NCBI GenBank assembly: GCA_964407685.1
Contig: CAYOWI010000003.1
Location: 1,681 to 65,680, forward strand
Length of the DNA: 64,000 bases
Source of the DNA: an uncultured Muribaculaceae bacterium
Lineage (GTDB): Bacteria; Bacillota_I; Bacilli_A; RF39; UBA660
Reading direction: 5' to 3'
A model generated the notes under the pieces. The model worked only from the letters and a program-made list of their open reading frames with translations, was not told the DNA's origin and did no database searches. The translations under genes and the position numbers were made by a program. Shown piece after piece: positions 8,948 to 18,841 of the stretch; the stretch's first letter is position 1; every line of letters begins with the position of its first letter.

Positions 8948-11149
8948 CTACTCTTCTGTATTTTCTTCTTTCTTTTTAATTTCTTTCTTTTCTGACTTTT
9001 CGTCTTTTATTTTATCTTTTACTAAAACTTCTTTTCTAGATAAGTTTAGTTTACCATTTTTAAATCCTGTTGCTTTAACGATGATATCATCTCCTTCAGA
9101 TACCACATCTGATGCTTTTGCAACTCTCTTATCAGATAATTGAGAAATATGAACTAATCCTTCGCATCCTTCCCAAAGTTCTACGAAACATCCTAATTCA
9201 TCAATTACCTTAACTACACGACCAGTATAAATTTTACCTACTTCAACTTCCTTTACTACGTTTCTTATCATTTCAGCAGTTCTATCAATTATTTCTTGGT
9301 CGGTATGATAAATAATTACCCTTCCATCTTCTTCTATATCTACCTTAACAGCGTTCATGTCAGTTACTGTTTCAACGTTTGAAGACTCAAGTATTATCTT
9401 AGTAATCATTTCTCCACCCTTACCAATTACGTCTTTTATTTTTAATGGATCAATAGTAAAGACAAGAGTCTTAGGAGCATACTTACTAACTTCTTTTCTT
9501 GGTTCTTTAATTTGTTTAGCAATTACTTTTAATATTTCAAGTCTTGCCTTTTTAGCTTGTGCTAAAGCTTCTTTTAAAATTTCTTTAGTTATACCTTTAA
9601 TTTTAATATCCATTTGAAGTGCACAAATACCATCTTTTGTTCCTGCAACCTTAAAGTCCATGTCTCCTAAGTGGTCTTCCATACCTTGGATATCAGTTAA
9701 AATTGTATAATCATCACCATCGGTAATAAGTCCCATTGCAATACCTGCAACTGGTGCTTTAATAGGAACACCTGCCGCCATAAGAGCCATACAACCAGCA
9801 CAAATAGAAGCTTGTGATGATGAACCATTACTTTCTAATATTTCAGATACAACACGGATTGTATATGGGAATACTTCTTCTGATGGAATTACTTGTAAAA
9901 GCGCTCTTTCTCCTAATGCACCATGGCCTACTTCACGACGTCCTGGAGCACCATATCTACCTGTTTCACCAACAGAGAATTGTGGGAAGTTATAATGTAA
10001 CATAAATCTTTTTTGATCTTCTGGTGATAATCCATCAATTATTTGATGTTCTCCGAGTGCCCCTAGTGTTACAACAGATAAACTTTGAGTTTCACCTCTC
10101 GTGAATAACGCTGAACCATGAGTTCTTGGAAGTAAATCTATGTCTGTAGAAAGTGGTCTTATTTCGGTCATCTTTCTTCCGTCAGCTCTCTTTTTTTCTT
10201 TAACTACTATCTTTCTAAATACGTCGTATTCAACTTCTGCTAAGCAAAGTTTAACCTTAGTTAGTAACTCATTAAGCTCTTCTTTTTCCATTTCTTCATT
10301 TTCATATTCAAATTTAGCTACAACGTCTTCTTTAACTTTATCAATAGCTTCATATTTTTCTAACTTATCTTTAATACGCATAGCTTTATCAAGTGGTTCT
10401 TTAGCAAGACTTTGAATTTCTTCTTTAAGTTCGTCAGTTATTTCAAGAACGTCATATTCCATCTTTTCCTGACCAACTTCTTTAATAATCTTTTCTTCAA
10501 ATTTAATTAATTCTTTTATAGCATCATGTCCAAACATTAAAGCATCTAACATATCGTCTTCTGAAGCCTCTTTAGCCCCTGCTTCTACCATGTTTATAGC
10601 ATCTTTTGTTCCTGCTACGGTTAAATCGATATCACTTTTGTCTAACTCATCTACACTAGGATTAATAACGAATTTTCCATCTACTCTTCCTACTTTAACA
10701 CCAGCGATAGGGCCATCAAAAGGCACTTTACTTATACACGTTGCTATACTAGAACCAAGCATTGCAGTAAGTTCTGGTGAATTATCAGGGTCAACTGATA
10801 ATACGGTATTTACAACCTGAACTTCATTTCTAAAGTTTTCTGGGAATAATGGACGCATTGGTCTATCAATCATTCTTGCGGCAAGTGTTGCGTTCTCTGT
10901 TGGTCTTCCTTCCCTTTTAATAAATCCACCTGGTATCTTACCTACTGAGTATAACTTTTCTTGGTATAAAACCATAAGTGGAAAAAAGTCAGATAACACG
11001 TTAGCTGTTTTACTTACACAAACGGTAGATAAAACAACTGTATCACCATATCTTACTAACACTGCCCCATGAGCTTGTTTAGCTAATTCTCCTACTTCAA
11101 CGGTTAAAGTTCTTCCTCTAAATTCTGTTTCAAATATTCTTTTTTCCAT
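8948..11149 (-). CDS. pnp: Polynucleotide phosphorylase
   Basis: 733 aa with two RNase PH domains, a KH domain (GKGGEMI) and an S1 domain ([16 protein letters not shown]). Confidence 0.97.
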   Translation of the reverse strand: MEKRIFETEFRGRTLTVEVGELAKQAHGAVLVRYGDTVVLSTVCVSKTANVLSDFFPLMVLYQEKLYSVGKIPGGFIKREGRPTENATLAARMIDRPMRPLFPENFRNEVQVVNTVLSVDPDNSPELTAMLGSSIATCISKVPFDGPIAGVKVGRVDGKFVINPSVDELDKSDIDLTVAGTKDAINMVEAGAKEASEDDMLDALMFGHDAIKELIKFEEKIIKEVGQEKMEYDVLEITDELKEEIQSLAKEPLDKAMRIKDKLEKYEAIDKVKEDVVAKFEYENEEMEKEELNELLTKVKLCLAEVEYDVFRKIVVKEKKRADGRKMTEIRPLSTDIDLLPRTHGSALFTRGETQSLSVVTLGALGEHQIIDGLSPEDQKRFMLHYNFPQFSVGETGRYGAPGRREVGHGALGERALLQVIPSEEVFPYTIRVVSEILESNGSSSQASICAGCMALMAAGVPIKAPVAGIAMGLITDGDDYTILTDIQGMEDHLGDMDFKVAGTKDGICALQMDIKIKGITKEILKEALAQAKKARLEILKVIAKQIKEPRKEVSKYAPKTLVFTIDPLKIKDVIGKGGEMITKIILESSNVETVTDMNAVKVDIEEDGRVIIYHTDQEIIDRTAEMIRNVVKEVEVGKIYTGRVVKVIDELGCFVELWEGCEGLVHISQLSDKRVAKASDVVSEGDDIIVKATGFKNGKLNLSRKEVLVKDKIKDEKSEKKEIKKKEENTEE

Positions 11150-11167
11150 AATACATCTCCTTTTTTA

Positions 11168-11197
11168 TATAAAAAGACACCCAAAAAAGAGTGCCTA
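11168..11197 (-). terminator. Hairpin plus U-run between rpsO and pnp
   Basis: AGGCACTC/GGGTGTCT stem (with G-U pairs) at 11175-11196, followed by a T-run on the minus strand. Confidence 0.45.
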
Positions 11198-11209
11198 CTT
11201 TTAATAACA

Positions 11210-11476
11210 TTATTTTCTTAATCCTAAACTCTTAATTAACTCACGATATCTGTTAATATCAGTTTTCTTTAGGTAATTAAGTAAATTTCTTCTTTTACCA
11301 ACCTTCATTAACAAACCTCTTTTTGAGTGGAAATCATGAATGTTTTCCTTTAAGTGATTAGTTAAAACATTAATTTCTTCAGTAAGAACAGCAATCTGTA
11401 CTTCTGGTGAACCAGTATCGCCAACGTGTGTTGCATACTTACTTATAATAGCTTGTTTAACTTCCTTTTTTAACAT
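11210..11476 (-). CDS. rpsO: 30S ribosomal protein S15
   Basis: 88 aa; ...[20 protein letters not shown]...; SD AGGAGG. Confidence 0.97.
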   Translation of the reverse strand: MLKKEVKQAIISKYATHVGDTGSPEVQIAVLTEEINVLTNHLKENIHDFHSKRGLLMKVGKRRNLLNYLKKTDINRYRELIKSLGLRK

Positions 11477-11600
11477 CTTTGTTCCTCCTTATTTCTATTT
11501 ATTCGCCTTCATCCAAGATACGGTTAGGAGTACTTTCCTATACCCTAGATGAGGTAACACTAATAATATACATTAATTTAATTAATTATGCAAGCGTAAA
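11477..11600 (-). promoter_or_regulatory. Structured rpsO 5' leader (possible S15 autoregulatory element)
   Basis: Locally GC-richer. Outer stem CCUCAUC/GGAUGAAGG spans ~11505-11555 and encloses the UAGGA-aaguac-UCCUA hairpin, directly upstream of the SD. Confidence 0.3.
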
Positions 11601-11619
11601 TGCTTTAATTTTAACGAAT

Positions 11620-12120
11620 TTACACATTCTTTATTTTTTTAGTACTAATACTTATAGCATCTAAAGCATCTTCATACTTAGTATTGTTATCTTCTATCTC
11701 TTTATTTATTTCCTTTTCTAATTCTTCTACCATTAACAAGCGTTCTTCTTCATCACTAAATAGATTAGATAGCTTTAAAAATATTAAAAACTCCGTATAA
11801 CTTTTAAATTGTTTTAATACTTCATCTTTCTTCGTATGAAATAAGTAAAAATACTTGTATTGTTTGTTACTACAACTATTTAGCTTTTCTTCAAACTTTT
11901 TACCATCTTCACTACTTAGTTTATTCTTATGACAAAGTAGTAACATGTAAGTATATTTACCCGTATCACTTTCAAATATAGTATCAAGATTTTTATATAA
12001 GCCTGAGTTAATTAAGTGACTTGGATCTTTACATAAAGTAAGAGCACCCTTTATTTCGTTAATATTATTACAAGAATCAGAAAGATAAAATCCAGTAAAA
12101 CATTTAGCTGCTAAACTCAT
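11620..12120 (-). CDS. Hypothetical protein (166 aa)
   Basis: ORF occupying the position where ribF usually lies between truB and rpsO; no motif recognised. Confidence 0.45.
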   Translation of the reverse strand: MSLAAKCFTGFYLSDSCNNINEIKGALTLCKDPSHLINSGLYKNLDTIFESDTGKYTYMLLLCHKNKLSSEDGKKFEEKLNSCSNKQYKYFYLFHTKKDEVLKQFKSYTEFLIFLKLSNLFSDEEERLLMVEELEKEINKEIEDNNTKYEDALDAISISTKKIKNV

Positions 12121-12353
12121 TTTATTTTTTTAGCAAAATATACAAAAGCTTCATAATAATCAAAAGGTGGTAAATCTCGAAAAAATTCATCTATAGTTGT
12201 GCAAACATTATCAAAAGTCTGAAGACTTAATTTATCAAGAGTTTGGATATGACGAGACTCACCGGAATACTGCACAAACTTAGATATTTCATCAAAATCG
12301 CCTCCATAAGTATTTTCTATTTTTCTTAATAACATTCTTTCTTTTAATTTCAT
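12117..12353 (-). CDS. Hypothetical protein (78 aa)
   Basis: ORF whose stop overlaps the start of the next gene by 4 nt. Confidence 0.4.
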   Translation of the reverse strand: MKLKERMLLRKIENTYGGDFDEISKFVQYSGESRHIQTLDKLSLQTFDNVCTTIDEFFRDLPPFDYYEAFVYFAKKIK

Positions 12354-12368
12354 TTTTTACACTCTCAT

Positions 12369-13220
12369 TTATATAAACATCTTATATGGTTTCATTTTAA
12401 TGTTATCTTTATCATAAATTTTATATATTGCAACTACTTCATTTTTATATATAAAAGTTATTATATCTTTATCATAGATATTATCTATTAAACCACCATT
12501 TTTAATTATATTAAATAATTTGTCTTTTATTATAACACACTTTTCATCTTTTAAAACATCAGTTATAGATAACATTTTATAATTGTTATCTTTTATATCT
12601 TTTAGTGTATATGAATCTTCTATTGCAAACTTACCTTGTCTTATTCTTTGTAAATCACTCATAACCCCTATTACACCTAATTTATCATTTATATCTTTAA
12701 TTAAGCTCCTTATGTAAGTTCCTTTTGATACCGTTACTTTAAACCTATATGAATCATTATTAAACTCTAATAACTCAATATCTTTTATATCAACAACTCT
12801 TTTTGGAAGTACCACCTTCTCATTATTTCTAGCGTATTCATATAATTTTTTTCCATTTATCTTAACCGCACTATAAATAGGCACTTCTTGGTTATATGTT
12901 CCAACAAAAGAATTAAGTGCTTCTATTAATTTATTTTTATCTAATTTTATATTTTCTTTTTTTATAATAGTGCCATCAGTATCTAAGGTATCGGTTAGTA
13001 TCCCTAACTTAACAGTTGCTATATATTCCTTGTCACTACTAGTTAATATTTCAACTAATTTAGTTGCTTTTCCAACACATAAAATAAGTACACCTGTTGC
13101 AATAGGATCAAGGGTTCCAGTATGACCGATTTTTTTAGTTTCAAGTATTTTACATACATTATTAACAACGTCTCTACTTGTAATACCCTTTGGTTTATCA
13201 ACTACAATTATTCCATCCAT
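12369..13220 (-). CDS. truB: tRNA pseudouridine(55) synthase TruB
   Basis: 283 aa with the catalytic Asp motif HTGTLDPIATGVL and a PUA-like C-terminus. Confidence 0.93.
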   Translation of the reverse strand: MDGIIVVDKPKGITSRDVVNNVCKILETKKIGHTGTLDPIATGVLILCVGKATKLVEILTSSDKEYIATVKLGILTDTLDTDGTIIKKENIKLDKNKLIEALNSFVGTYNQEVPIYSAVKINGKKLYEYARNNEKVVLPKRVVDIKDIELLEFNNDSYRFKVTVSKGTYIRSLIKDINDKLGVIGVMSDLQRIRQGKFAIEDSYTLKDIKDNNYKMLSITDVLKDEKCVIIKDKLFNIIKNGGLIDNIYDKDIITFIYKNEVVAIYKIYDKDNIKMKPYKMFI

Positions 13221-13249
13221 AAAATCACCATAATTATTTTAACAGAACA

Positions 13250-13480
13250 AAAGCAAAATTAAAATTTTGCGCATTGGTCGTCACCGATCAAACATTCCTG
13301 CCTCATAGATAAAGTATCCTTTATTCTCACACAGGCTTAAATTCCGATAGTCGCTACCGTACTCGTTCTTTTAATTTTTTATATTTTTATTTTATCCTAT
13401 TTATTATTTTATATCAAGACCTCATTCATGTACATTTTTAATCCTTCAAACATTATGTTTATACTTGCATTTATATCCCT
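13250..13480 (-). ncRNA. Putative TnpB-associated omega-RNA (reRNA); boundaries approximate
   Basis: Covers the 3' end of tnpB plus a conspicuously GC-richer 100-nt block (13269-13368) in a very AT-rich background. Local hairpins include CGGUAG-cga-CUAUCG and GGU-gacg-ACC. The position matches the known omega-RNA location at the IS right end. Confidence 0.45.
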
Positions 13481-14545
13481 ATCATTCACACTTCCACAAC
13501 AATCACATTTCCAACTTCTTACGTTTAAGTTATTGGTCTTTTTTGTTTTGTTATTACAATGATTACATATTTTGCTACTCGGAAAATAACTATCTACTTG
13601 ATAATAGTATTTTCCTTTTTCTTTTGACTTCCACTTTAACATCTCGCATATCTTATTAAAACTTGCATCTAGTATATTTTTAGTTAGAGTGTGGTTGTTA
13701 TGCATATTTTGTACTTGTAATTTTTCAGAGATTATTATGTCATAATCTTTTACTAATTTATTTACTATTGTTATGATATTATGACGCCTAGCATTTTTTA
13801 TCTTACTATGAACTTTTGATATTAATATCTTTGTCTTGTTATAGTTGTTGCTTCCTTTTATTTGCCTTGATAGTTTTCTTTGTAATCTTTTTAGTTTCTT
13901 TTCTCTTTTATCTAGTTCTTTTGGATTTTTATATTTTTCTGCATCTGACGTTACTACTATATCTTTTACGCCTAAGTCTATTCCTACTATACTTGTTGGT
14001 TTTATCTTTTTTATATTTACTTCTTTTTCAGAGGCTAAAATACTTACGTAGTATTTACCTGCAGTTTCTTTTGTTATGCAAGCATTTATTATGGTTCCTT
14101 TTATATATTTTAAATTTCTATATCCTCTAATATCCACTAATCCTAGTTTTGGCAGTTTTATTTGTTTATTTTTTAAATCTAGTTTTATATTACTATATTC
14201 TTTACCTTTATAAGTACTTCTTATGGCATTTGTTCTATAGCTTTGTTTGTAATATTTACTTTTTAGCTTAGGATATGATGATCTTTTTGAAAAGAAGTTT
14301 TTAAAACTATCTTCTAGGTTAAATATGGCACATCTTATTGAACATGAATCCACCTCTTTTAACCATGGACATTCTTCTTTTAAATCCTTTAACATATTAC
14401 ACATATCATATGCCTTTATATATCTATTATCTTTACATTTATCTAAAAAATAATTATAGATGAACCTTGCACATCCAAATGTTTTATTTATCAAAATACT
14501 TTGCTGGGCACTTGGATACATTCTAAATTTATATGCTTTGTACAT
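13409..14545 (-). CDS. tnpB: IS200/IS605-family TnpB (OrfB) RNA-guided endonuclease
   Basis: 378 aa. N-terminus MYKAYKFRMYPSAQQ...FGCARFIYN. RuvC-I IVGIDLGVKD, RuvC-II IISEKL, zinc finger CNHC...CDCC, RuvC-III DRDINASINI. Confidence 0.92.
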   Translation of the reverse strand: MYKAYKFRMYPSAQQSILINKTFGCARFIYNYFLDKCKDNRYIKAYDMCNMLKDLKEECPWLKEVDSCSIRCAIFNLEDSFKNFFSKRSSYPKLKSKYYKQSYRTNAIRSTYKGKEYSNIKLDLKNKQIKLPKLGLVDIRGYRNLKYIKGTIINACITKETAGKYYVSILASEKEVNIKKIKPTSIVGIDLGVKDIVVTSDAEKYKNPKELDKREKKLKRLQRKLSRQIKGSNNYNKTKILISKVHSKIKNARRHNIITIVNKLVKDYDIIISEKLQVQNMHNNHTLTKNILDASFNKICEMLKWKSKEKGKYYYQVDSYFPSSKICNHCNNKTKKTNNLNVRSWKCDCCGSVNDRDINASINIMFEGLKMYMNEVLI

Positions 14546-14673
14546 TAAGTATCACCTGCCTATCATTTAAGTAATATCTTTTATACTATCACTCATACAT
14601 ACGTTTGTATATATTAGATTTTTCTAATTACAAAAAACGCACTTTCCTAGTATATAAAAAAAGGAAGTATTAA

Positions 14674-16281
14674 TTACTTTCCTTTAACATATACGCCTTT
14701 TTGCATAGCCTCACTATAAGCATCACTATCATAATACCTAATCACAGCATCGACTTCATTACTACTTTCTGTATTATTCATATGGTAAGGCATACCATTA
14801 TTTTCATTACGATATAAACAAATTGTTTGGATTAAATCCTTATATCCATTATATTCGCTATCAGAAAGAAGCTTTTTTTCATTACCATCCTCACTAGTAA
14901 CAGTAACGTCTTTTACTTTTTTTAAATAGTCCATAGCTTGGTCCGTGTATTTTTCATCATAAGTACCAGATGCAACTAACTCTAAATATTGGTCTAATAT
15001 CGTAATAACTCGTGATTTATCTTTTGAAATAGATTCATCCTCCAACCTTTTAGACAAACCTTTAGATAATTTTTTAGCAATTTTGTTAGTAGCCCTTGTT
15101 TGATACAATTTTTCATTGCTATTACGACCTACTTTTTTAAATCCAGAATTATTAAGTCCCTCTTTATACAATTTTGGTTTCATCTTAGCTAGTTTATTTT
15201 TTGCTATAAATAGTTTAGCATTACTTACAATATCTTTTTCAGAAATACTTTTATTTACTTTTTCTATTTTATTTTCGTACTTAGCTTTTTTCTTTTCATA
15301 CCTAGCTTTTTTCTTATCGGTTTTAGCATTATCTAATTTATTTTCATATTTTTCTAATTTATTTTTATATTTTTTTAATTTGTTTTTATTAACTTTTGCA
15401 GCTTTTTTAGTTCTTGCAAAAAAGTTAACTATGCCGCCTAACATTTCAATAAATATATCAACACGACTATATTTTTTAATATCTTTTTTAGTTAATCCTT
15501 TTTGATAATCATTTTGAACTTGATTATTATAAGTGTTTATTATATCAACATAATCTTTAATTACATCTTTTGCCATATAAGAATCATCTAAATATTGAAC
15601 ACGATCTACTAATTCATCAATTTCATCTTTAATAATATCTTTTTTATCATCGATATCCTTAAGTATTTTTTTCTTTAATTCATTAAAACGATGTTCATTT
15701 TTTTCACGTACTTCTTGTATTCTTGTAGAAAGTGCCGATTTTTCTTTACATTCAGAAAGTGAATTAACAGCATCAAACGCACGTTTAAAATCCCTTGGCT
15801 TTTCTGTTTGTTCAAGCATTTGAACAAGTTTGCTCGCCGCCTCTACCTCTTCTATTAAAGCAGTATTTTCATTCTTTTTTACAATTACCTTGTGCTTTAA
15901 ATTCCAAATTTGTTTTTCCATATCTTTTTGAATATTTATAACATCAGCTAATTCATAATCAAATATATGAATTATTATGTAATTAATTTTAGAATTAATT
16001 ACATCAATATCCTTAAGCTTTTTTTCTAAGAACGCTATTTTTTTATTATGTTCTTCTATTTTTTGATTATAATGAAGTATTAATCTTTGCTTATTTCCTT
16101 TTTCTTGAAATTTTTCGATTGAAGATTTTAATGTTTCAATTTCTTTTTCGTTTTTATTAATTTCTTCTTTATATTCATTTGTATACTCATTTAAAATCCA
16201 TAATTGTGTATTAAAAAATTCCTTTGCAGCAAGCAATTGATTTTCTTTTGCTTGCTTTAACATTTCTTCATATTTTTCCAT
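14674..16281 (-). CDS. Hypothetical Lys/Glu-rich coiled-coil protein (535 aa)
   Basis: Long ORF with heptad repeats (KLKKYKNKLEKYENKL..KKARYEKKKAKYENKIEK). Confidence 0.55.
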   Translation of the reverse strand: MEKYEEMLKQAKENQLLAAKEFFNTQLWILNEYTNEYKEEINKNEKEIETLKSSIEKFQEKGNKQRLILHYNQKIEEHNKKIAFLEKKLKDIDVINSKINYIIIHIFDYELADVINIQKDMEKQIWNLKHKVIVKKNENTALIEEVEAASKLVQMLEQTEKPRDFKRAFDAVNSLSECKEKSALSTRIQEVREKNEHRFNELKKKILKDIDDKKDIIKDEIDELVDRVQYLDDSYMAKDVIKDYVDIINTYNNQVQNDYQKGLTKKDIKKYSRVDIFIEMLGGIVNFFARTKKAAKVNKNKLKKYKNKLEKYENKLDNAKTDKKKARYEKKKAKYENKIEKVNKSISEKDIVSNAKLFIAKNKLAKMKPKLYKEGLNNSGFKKVGRNSNEKLYQTRATNKIAKKLSKGLSKRLEDESISKDKSRVITILDQYLELVASGTYDEKYTDQAMDYLKKVKDVTVTSEDGNEKKLLSDSEYNGYKDLIQTICLYRNENNGMPYHMNNTESSNEVDAVIRYYDSDAYSEAMQKGVYVKGK

Positions 16282-16406
16282 TTCAAATTTCCCCCTCTTG
16301 TTTGAATGGCTTATATGCTAACACAATTTTTCTGTTTTGTCAATATTTTTTAAAAATTGTAATTTTGCGGTTGCATTTTACTATTTAACTAACCATATCA
16401 CAATTT

Positions 16407-17306
16407 TTACTTAACAAGTCCCTGTTTTTTCATTACTTTTACAAGTCTTTTATGGTTATCAGAACTAAGATCTGTTAGGGGCAAACGTAGGGCTCCACTT
16501 TCTATTAAACCCATTTCATAACATGCTTTCTTTATTGGTATTGGATTAACCTCACAAAAAAGTACATCAGAAAGTTCTTTTTGCTCATCTTGTAATTTTT
16601 TTGCATACTCTACATCACCATCTAAGTAATGAATAACTAAATCATGTGTCTTAGTTGGAGTTATATTAGCGCAAACAGAAATAACACCTACTCCTCCTTT
16701 TTCTAAAACATTAATAACATCATCGTCATTACCAGAATATAAATCAAACTCTAATTTCTCTTTTCTTGCTAACTCAGAGATTTTTTTTACCTGCATGGTT
16801 TTTCCAGAAGCTTCTTTTATACCAACTATATTTTTGTTTTCTAAAGCTATTTTTATAGCCGTTTCCGGCTCTATGTTACACCCTGTTCTACTAGGTACAT
16901 TATACATTATTATTGGTAATTTAGTTTTTTTTGCAATTGCCTCGTAATGTTTTTCAAGTCCATACTGAGTTGCTTTATTATAATACGGGGTTACAACAAG
17001 AAGTCCATTTGACCCTAATTCTTCTGCTTTTTTACTCATCATAACAGCATGCATGGTATTATTAGAACCAGTACCTGCAATTACAGGTATTCTTCCTTTA
17101 ACTATTTCAACACATCTTTTTATAACATTTAAATGTTCGTTATCATCAAGGGTTGGTGCCTCACCAGTTGTACCACAAATAATTATTGCATCAGTTTCAT
17201 TTTCTATCTGATAATTAATCATTCTTTCTAAAGATTCATAATCAACTGTTAAATCATTTTTAAACGGTGTTATTAAAGCCACACCAGAGCCTTTAAATAT
17301 ACTCAT
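16407..17306 (-). CDS. dapA: 4-hydroxy-tetrahydrodipicolinate synthase
   Basis: DHDPS family motifs GVALITPF, CGTTGE, IVGIKEASG. SD AGGAGG precedes ATG 17306; the track start at 17345 is upstream. Confidence 0.92.
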   Translation of the reverse strand: MSIFKGSGVALITPFKNDLTVDYESLERMINYQIENETDAIIICGTTGEAPTLDDNEHLNVIKRCVEIVKGRIPVIAGTGSNNTMHAVMMSKKAEELGSNGLLVVTPYYNKATQYGLEKHYEAIAKKTKLPIIMYNVPSRTGCNIEPETAIKIALENKNIVGIKEASGKTMQVKKISELARKEKLEFDLYSGNDDDVINVLEKGGVGVISVCANITPTKTHDLVIHYLDGDVEYAKKLQDEQKELSDVLFCEVNPIPIKKACYEMGLIESGALRLPLTDLSSDNHKRLVKVMKKQGLVK

Positions 17307-17345
17307 GTAAATCCTCCTAGTTATAACATATGAAATCAAAACCAA

Positions 17346-17377
17346 TAAAAAACAAAAAGCAGGTTTTTTTACCTGCT
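17346..17377 (-). terminator. Rho-independent terminator of the GNAT-kinase gene
   Basis: AGCAGGT/ACCTGCT stem (17358-17377) followed by UUUUGUUUUUU on the minus strand. The stem overlaps the stop codon. Confidence 0.6.
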
Positions 17378-18727
17378 AGATTTAAATGCAAAATAACCAA
17401 TAACTGCGATTACAACCATGATAAACGATAATATAATTACACTAATTTTACCACTTTTATCACCAGAATCATCTATGTTTTCAGTAGTATACATTTCACT
17501 TAAATACCGTTCATAAGAATCAGTTAAATAATATCTATCCTTACCCTTAAATATATGGTCATAGTAATTTTTAAAGCTTACTGGCAATTTATTTTTATTC
17601 TTGTTATATATTCTCTCAATTTCTTGAAAATCGGCTTCATTTGGAATTTTTTTATCTATTAAAAGTTGTAAAGTAGTAATGGCAAAGGCATAAAGATCAG
17701 TTTTTTCAGATACAATTTTATTTAACGGATCCCTATACTTTTGATCCACCTCATTATTAATAACGTTATTTTTAATAACAAAGGAATCACAATCTATTAA
17801 CTTAACTTTTCCTTCTTTATCAAAGAAAATATTATCCGGATTTAAATCACATATATATATGTTTTTATCATGAAGCTTTTTCATTACTTTTTCTATTTCT
17901 TTTATCTTATCTATTTTTTCCTCAAAACTATAGTTTTCACTTCTAGTCCATAAAGCTTCCCCTTCTGGTAAATACTCCATAATGTATCCAACAAATACAC
18001 CATCATAATAAACTAAATGTTTTGGTTTTACAATTTCTGGTATATCTATATTTTTTATATATTTAAGAGTTTCTTCTCTGTCTTTAACATAAGTAAAGGA
18101 AGTCGAAGTAAACATTTTAAGAATTCTTCCGTCTTGGGTTAAATAGATGTTACCTGATCTACCTTGGGCTATTTTTTTAACTAGTTTAAGACTTTTATAA
18201 TCAACAGAATCACTTGGAATATCCCTGAATTTATCATTTAACATTCTTACCCTAACCGCTGATATAACACTAACACTTAAAAGGCTACCGTCCTCATTAA
18301 TTCCTACTTCGTAAAAGCCAAGCGATTGATATAACTTAAGCATGATAGAATCATGCTCATCTACCGTTACAACCACGTTTCGACAGCCAACTTCTCCTGC
18401 GATATATATGACTCCTTCAATTAATAAAACTTCCATGTTTTTATTTTTAAATTCATCAAGCACATATAATTTATTTATTTCGACTTGAGAAATGTTATTA
18501 TTATTTTTAAATTCAAAGGTAGCATAACCAATAAGCATCTTATTAGTTTGAATAACAATGGTAATTTTATTTCTAAAGTACTCAGGAATAACATAATCAT
18601 CTAGGTCTAATAAACAATCCTTTTTTGCTTCTTCACTAGAAAAAGTATTAACAATATCAGCAAAAACATCAAAGTCTGTTTCTAATATTCCAAGATTAAG
18701 ATTTTCCTTTTTTACTAAATTAATCAT
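17369..18727 (-). CDS. Fusion protein: GNAT-like N-domain, Ser/Thr-kinase-like domain and C-terminal TM anchor
   Basis: Residues ~60-150 are GNAT-like (LYQSLGFYEVG). Kinase-like features: GRSGNIY glycine loop, ILKMF Lys, catalytic loop ICDLNPDNIFF, LIDCDS. C-terminal TM ISVIILSFIMVVIAVIGYFAF. Confidence 0.65.
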   Translation of the reverse strand: MINLVKKENLNLGILETDFDVFADIVNTFSSEEAKKDCLLDLDDYVIPEYFRNKITIVIQTNKMLIGYATFEFKNNNNISQVEINKLYVLDEFKNKNMEVLLIEGVIYIAGEVGCRNVVVTVDEHDSIMLKLYQSLGFYEVGINEDGSLLSVSVISAVRVRMLNDKFRDIPSDSVDYKSLKLVKKIAQGRSGNIYLTQDGRILKMFTSTSFTYVKDREETLKYIKNIDIPEIVKPKHLVYYDGVFVGYIMEYLPEGEALWTRSENYSFEEKIDKIKEIEKVMKKLHDKNIYICDLNPDNIFFDKEGKVKLIDCDSFVIKNNVINNEVDQKYRDPLNKIVSEKTDLYAFAITTLQLLIDKKIPNEADFQEIERIYNKNKNKLPVSFKNYYDHIFKGKDRYYLTDSYERYLSEMYTTENIDDSGDKSGKISVIILSFIMVVIAVIGYFAFKSSR

Positions 18728-18841
18728 ATAATACCACCCTTACCTTATTACTAATACAATTATACATTGTTTTTGCTTTTATTTCTACAAAAAAAGATAA
18801 TTTTTTAAATTATATAATAATAAAAAGAAATAAACATCTCA

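Larger units (their letters stand above)
13250..14625 (-). mobile_element. IS200/IS605-family element, tnpB-only (IS1341-like); ends approximate
   Basis: tnpB plus a structured right end. An imperfect palindrome ATACATACGTTTGTAT (14595-14610) upstream of tnpB is a candidate left-end hairpin. No tnpA (Y1 transposase) ORF is adjacent. Confidence 0.65.

Noticed and set aside
11620-12353. Expected ribF (riboflavin kinase/FAD synthetase) between truB and rpsO
   Set aside because: The two ORFs present (78 and 166 aa) lack the nucleotidyltransferase motifs and the riboflavin kinase PTAN/GxY motifs. They were not called ribF.
13221-14673. Looked for a tnpA (Y1 HUH transposase) partner of tnpB
   Set aside because: No ORF with HUH or Y motifs lies on either side. 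The element was called tnpB-only.
15240-15400. Short periodic repeats considered as a possible CRISPR or other non-coding array
   Set aside because: The period is 21 nt, in frame within a long ORF, and encodes heptads. There is no spacer/repeat alternation and there are no cas genes. No CRISPR array is visible anywhere in the window.
17307-17368. Looked for a lysine riboswitch upstream of dapA
   Set aside because: Only 62 nt are available, and they are occupied by the terminator of the upstream gene and the SD. There is no room for an L-box.
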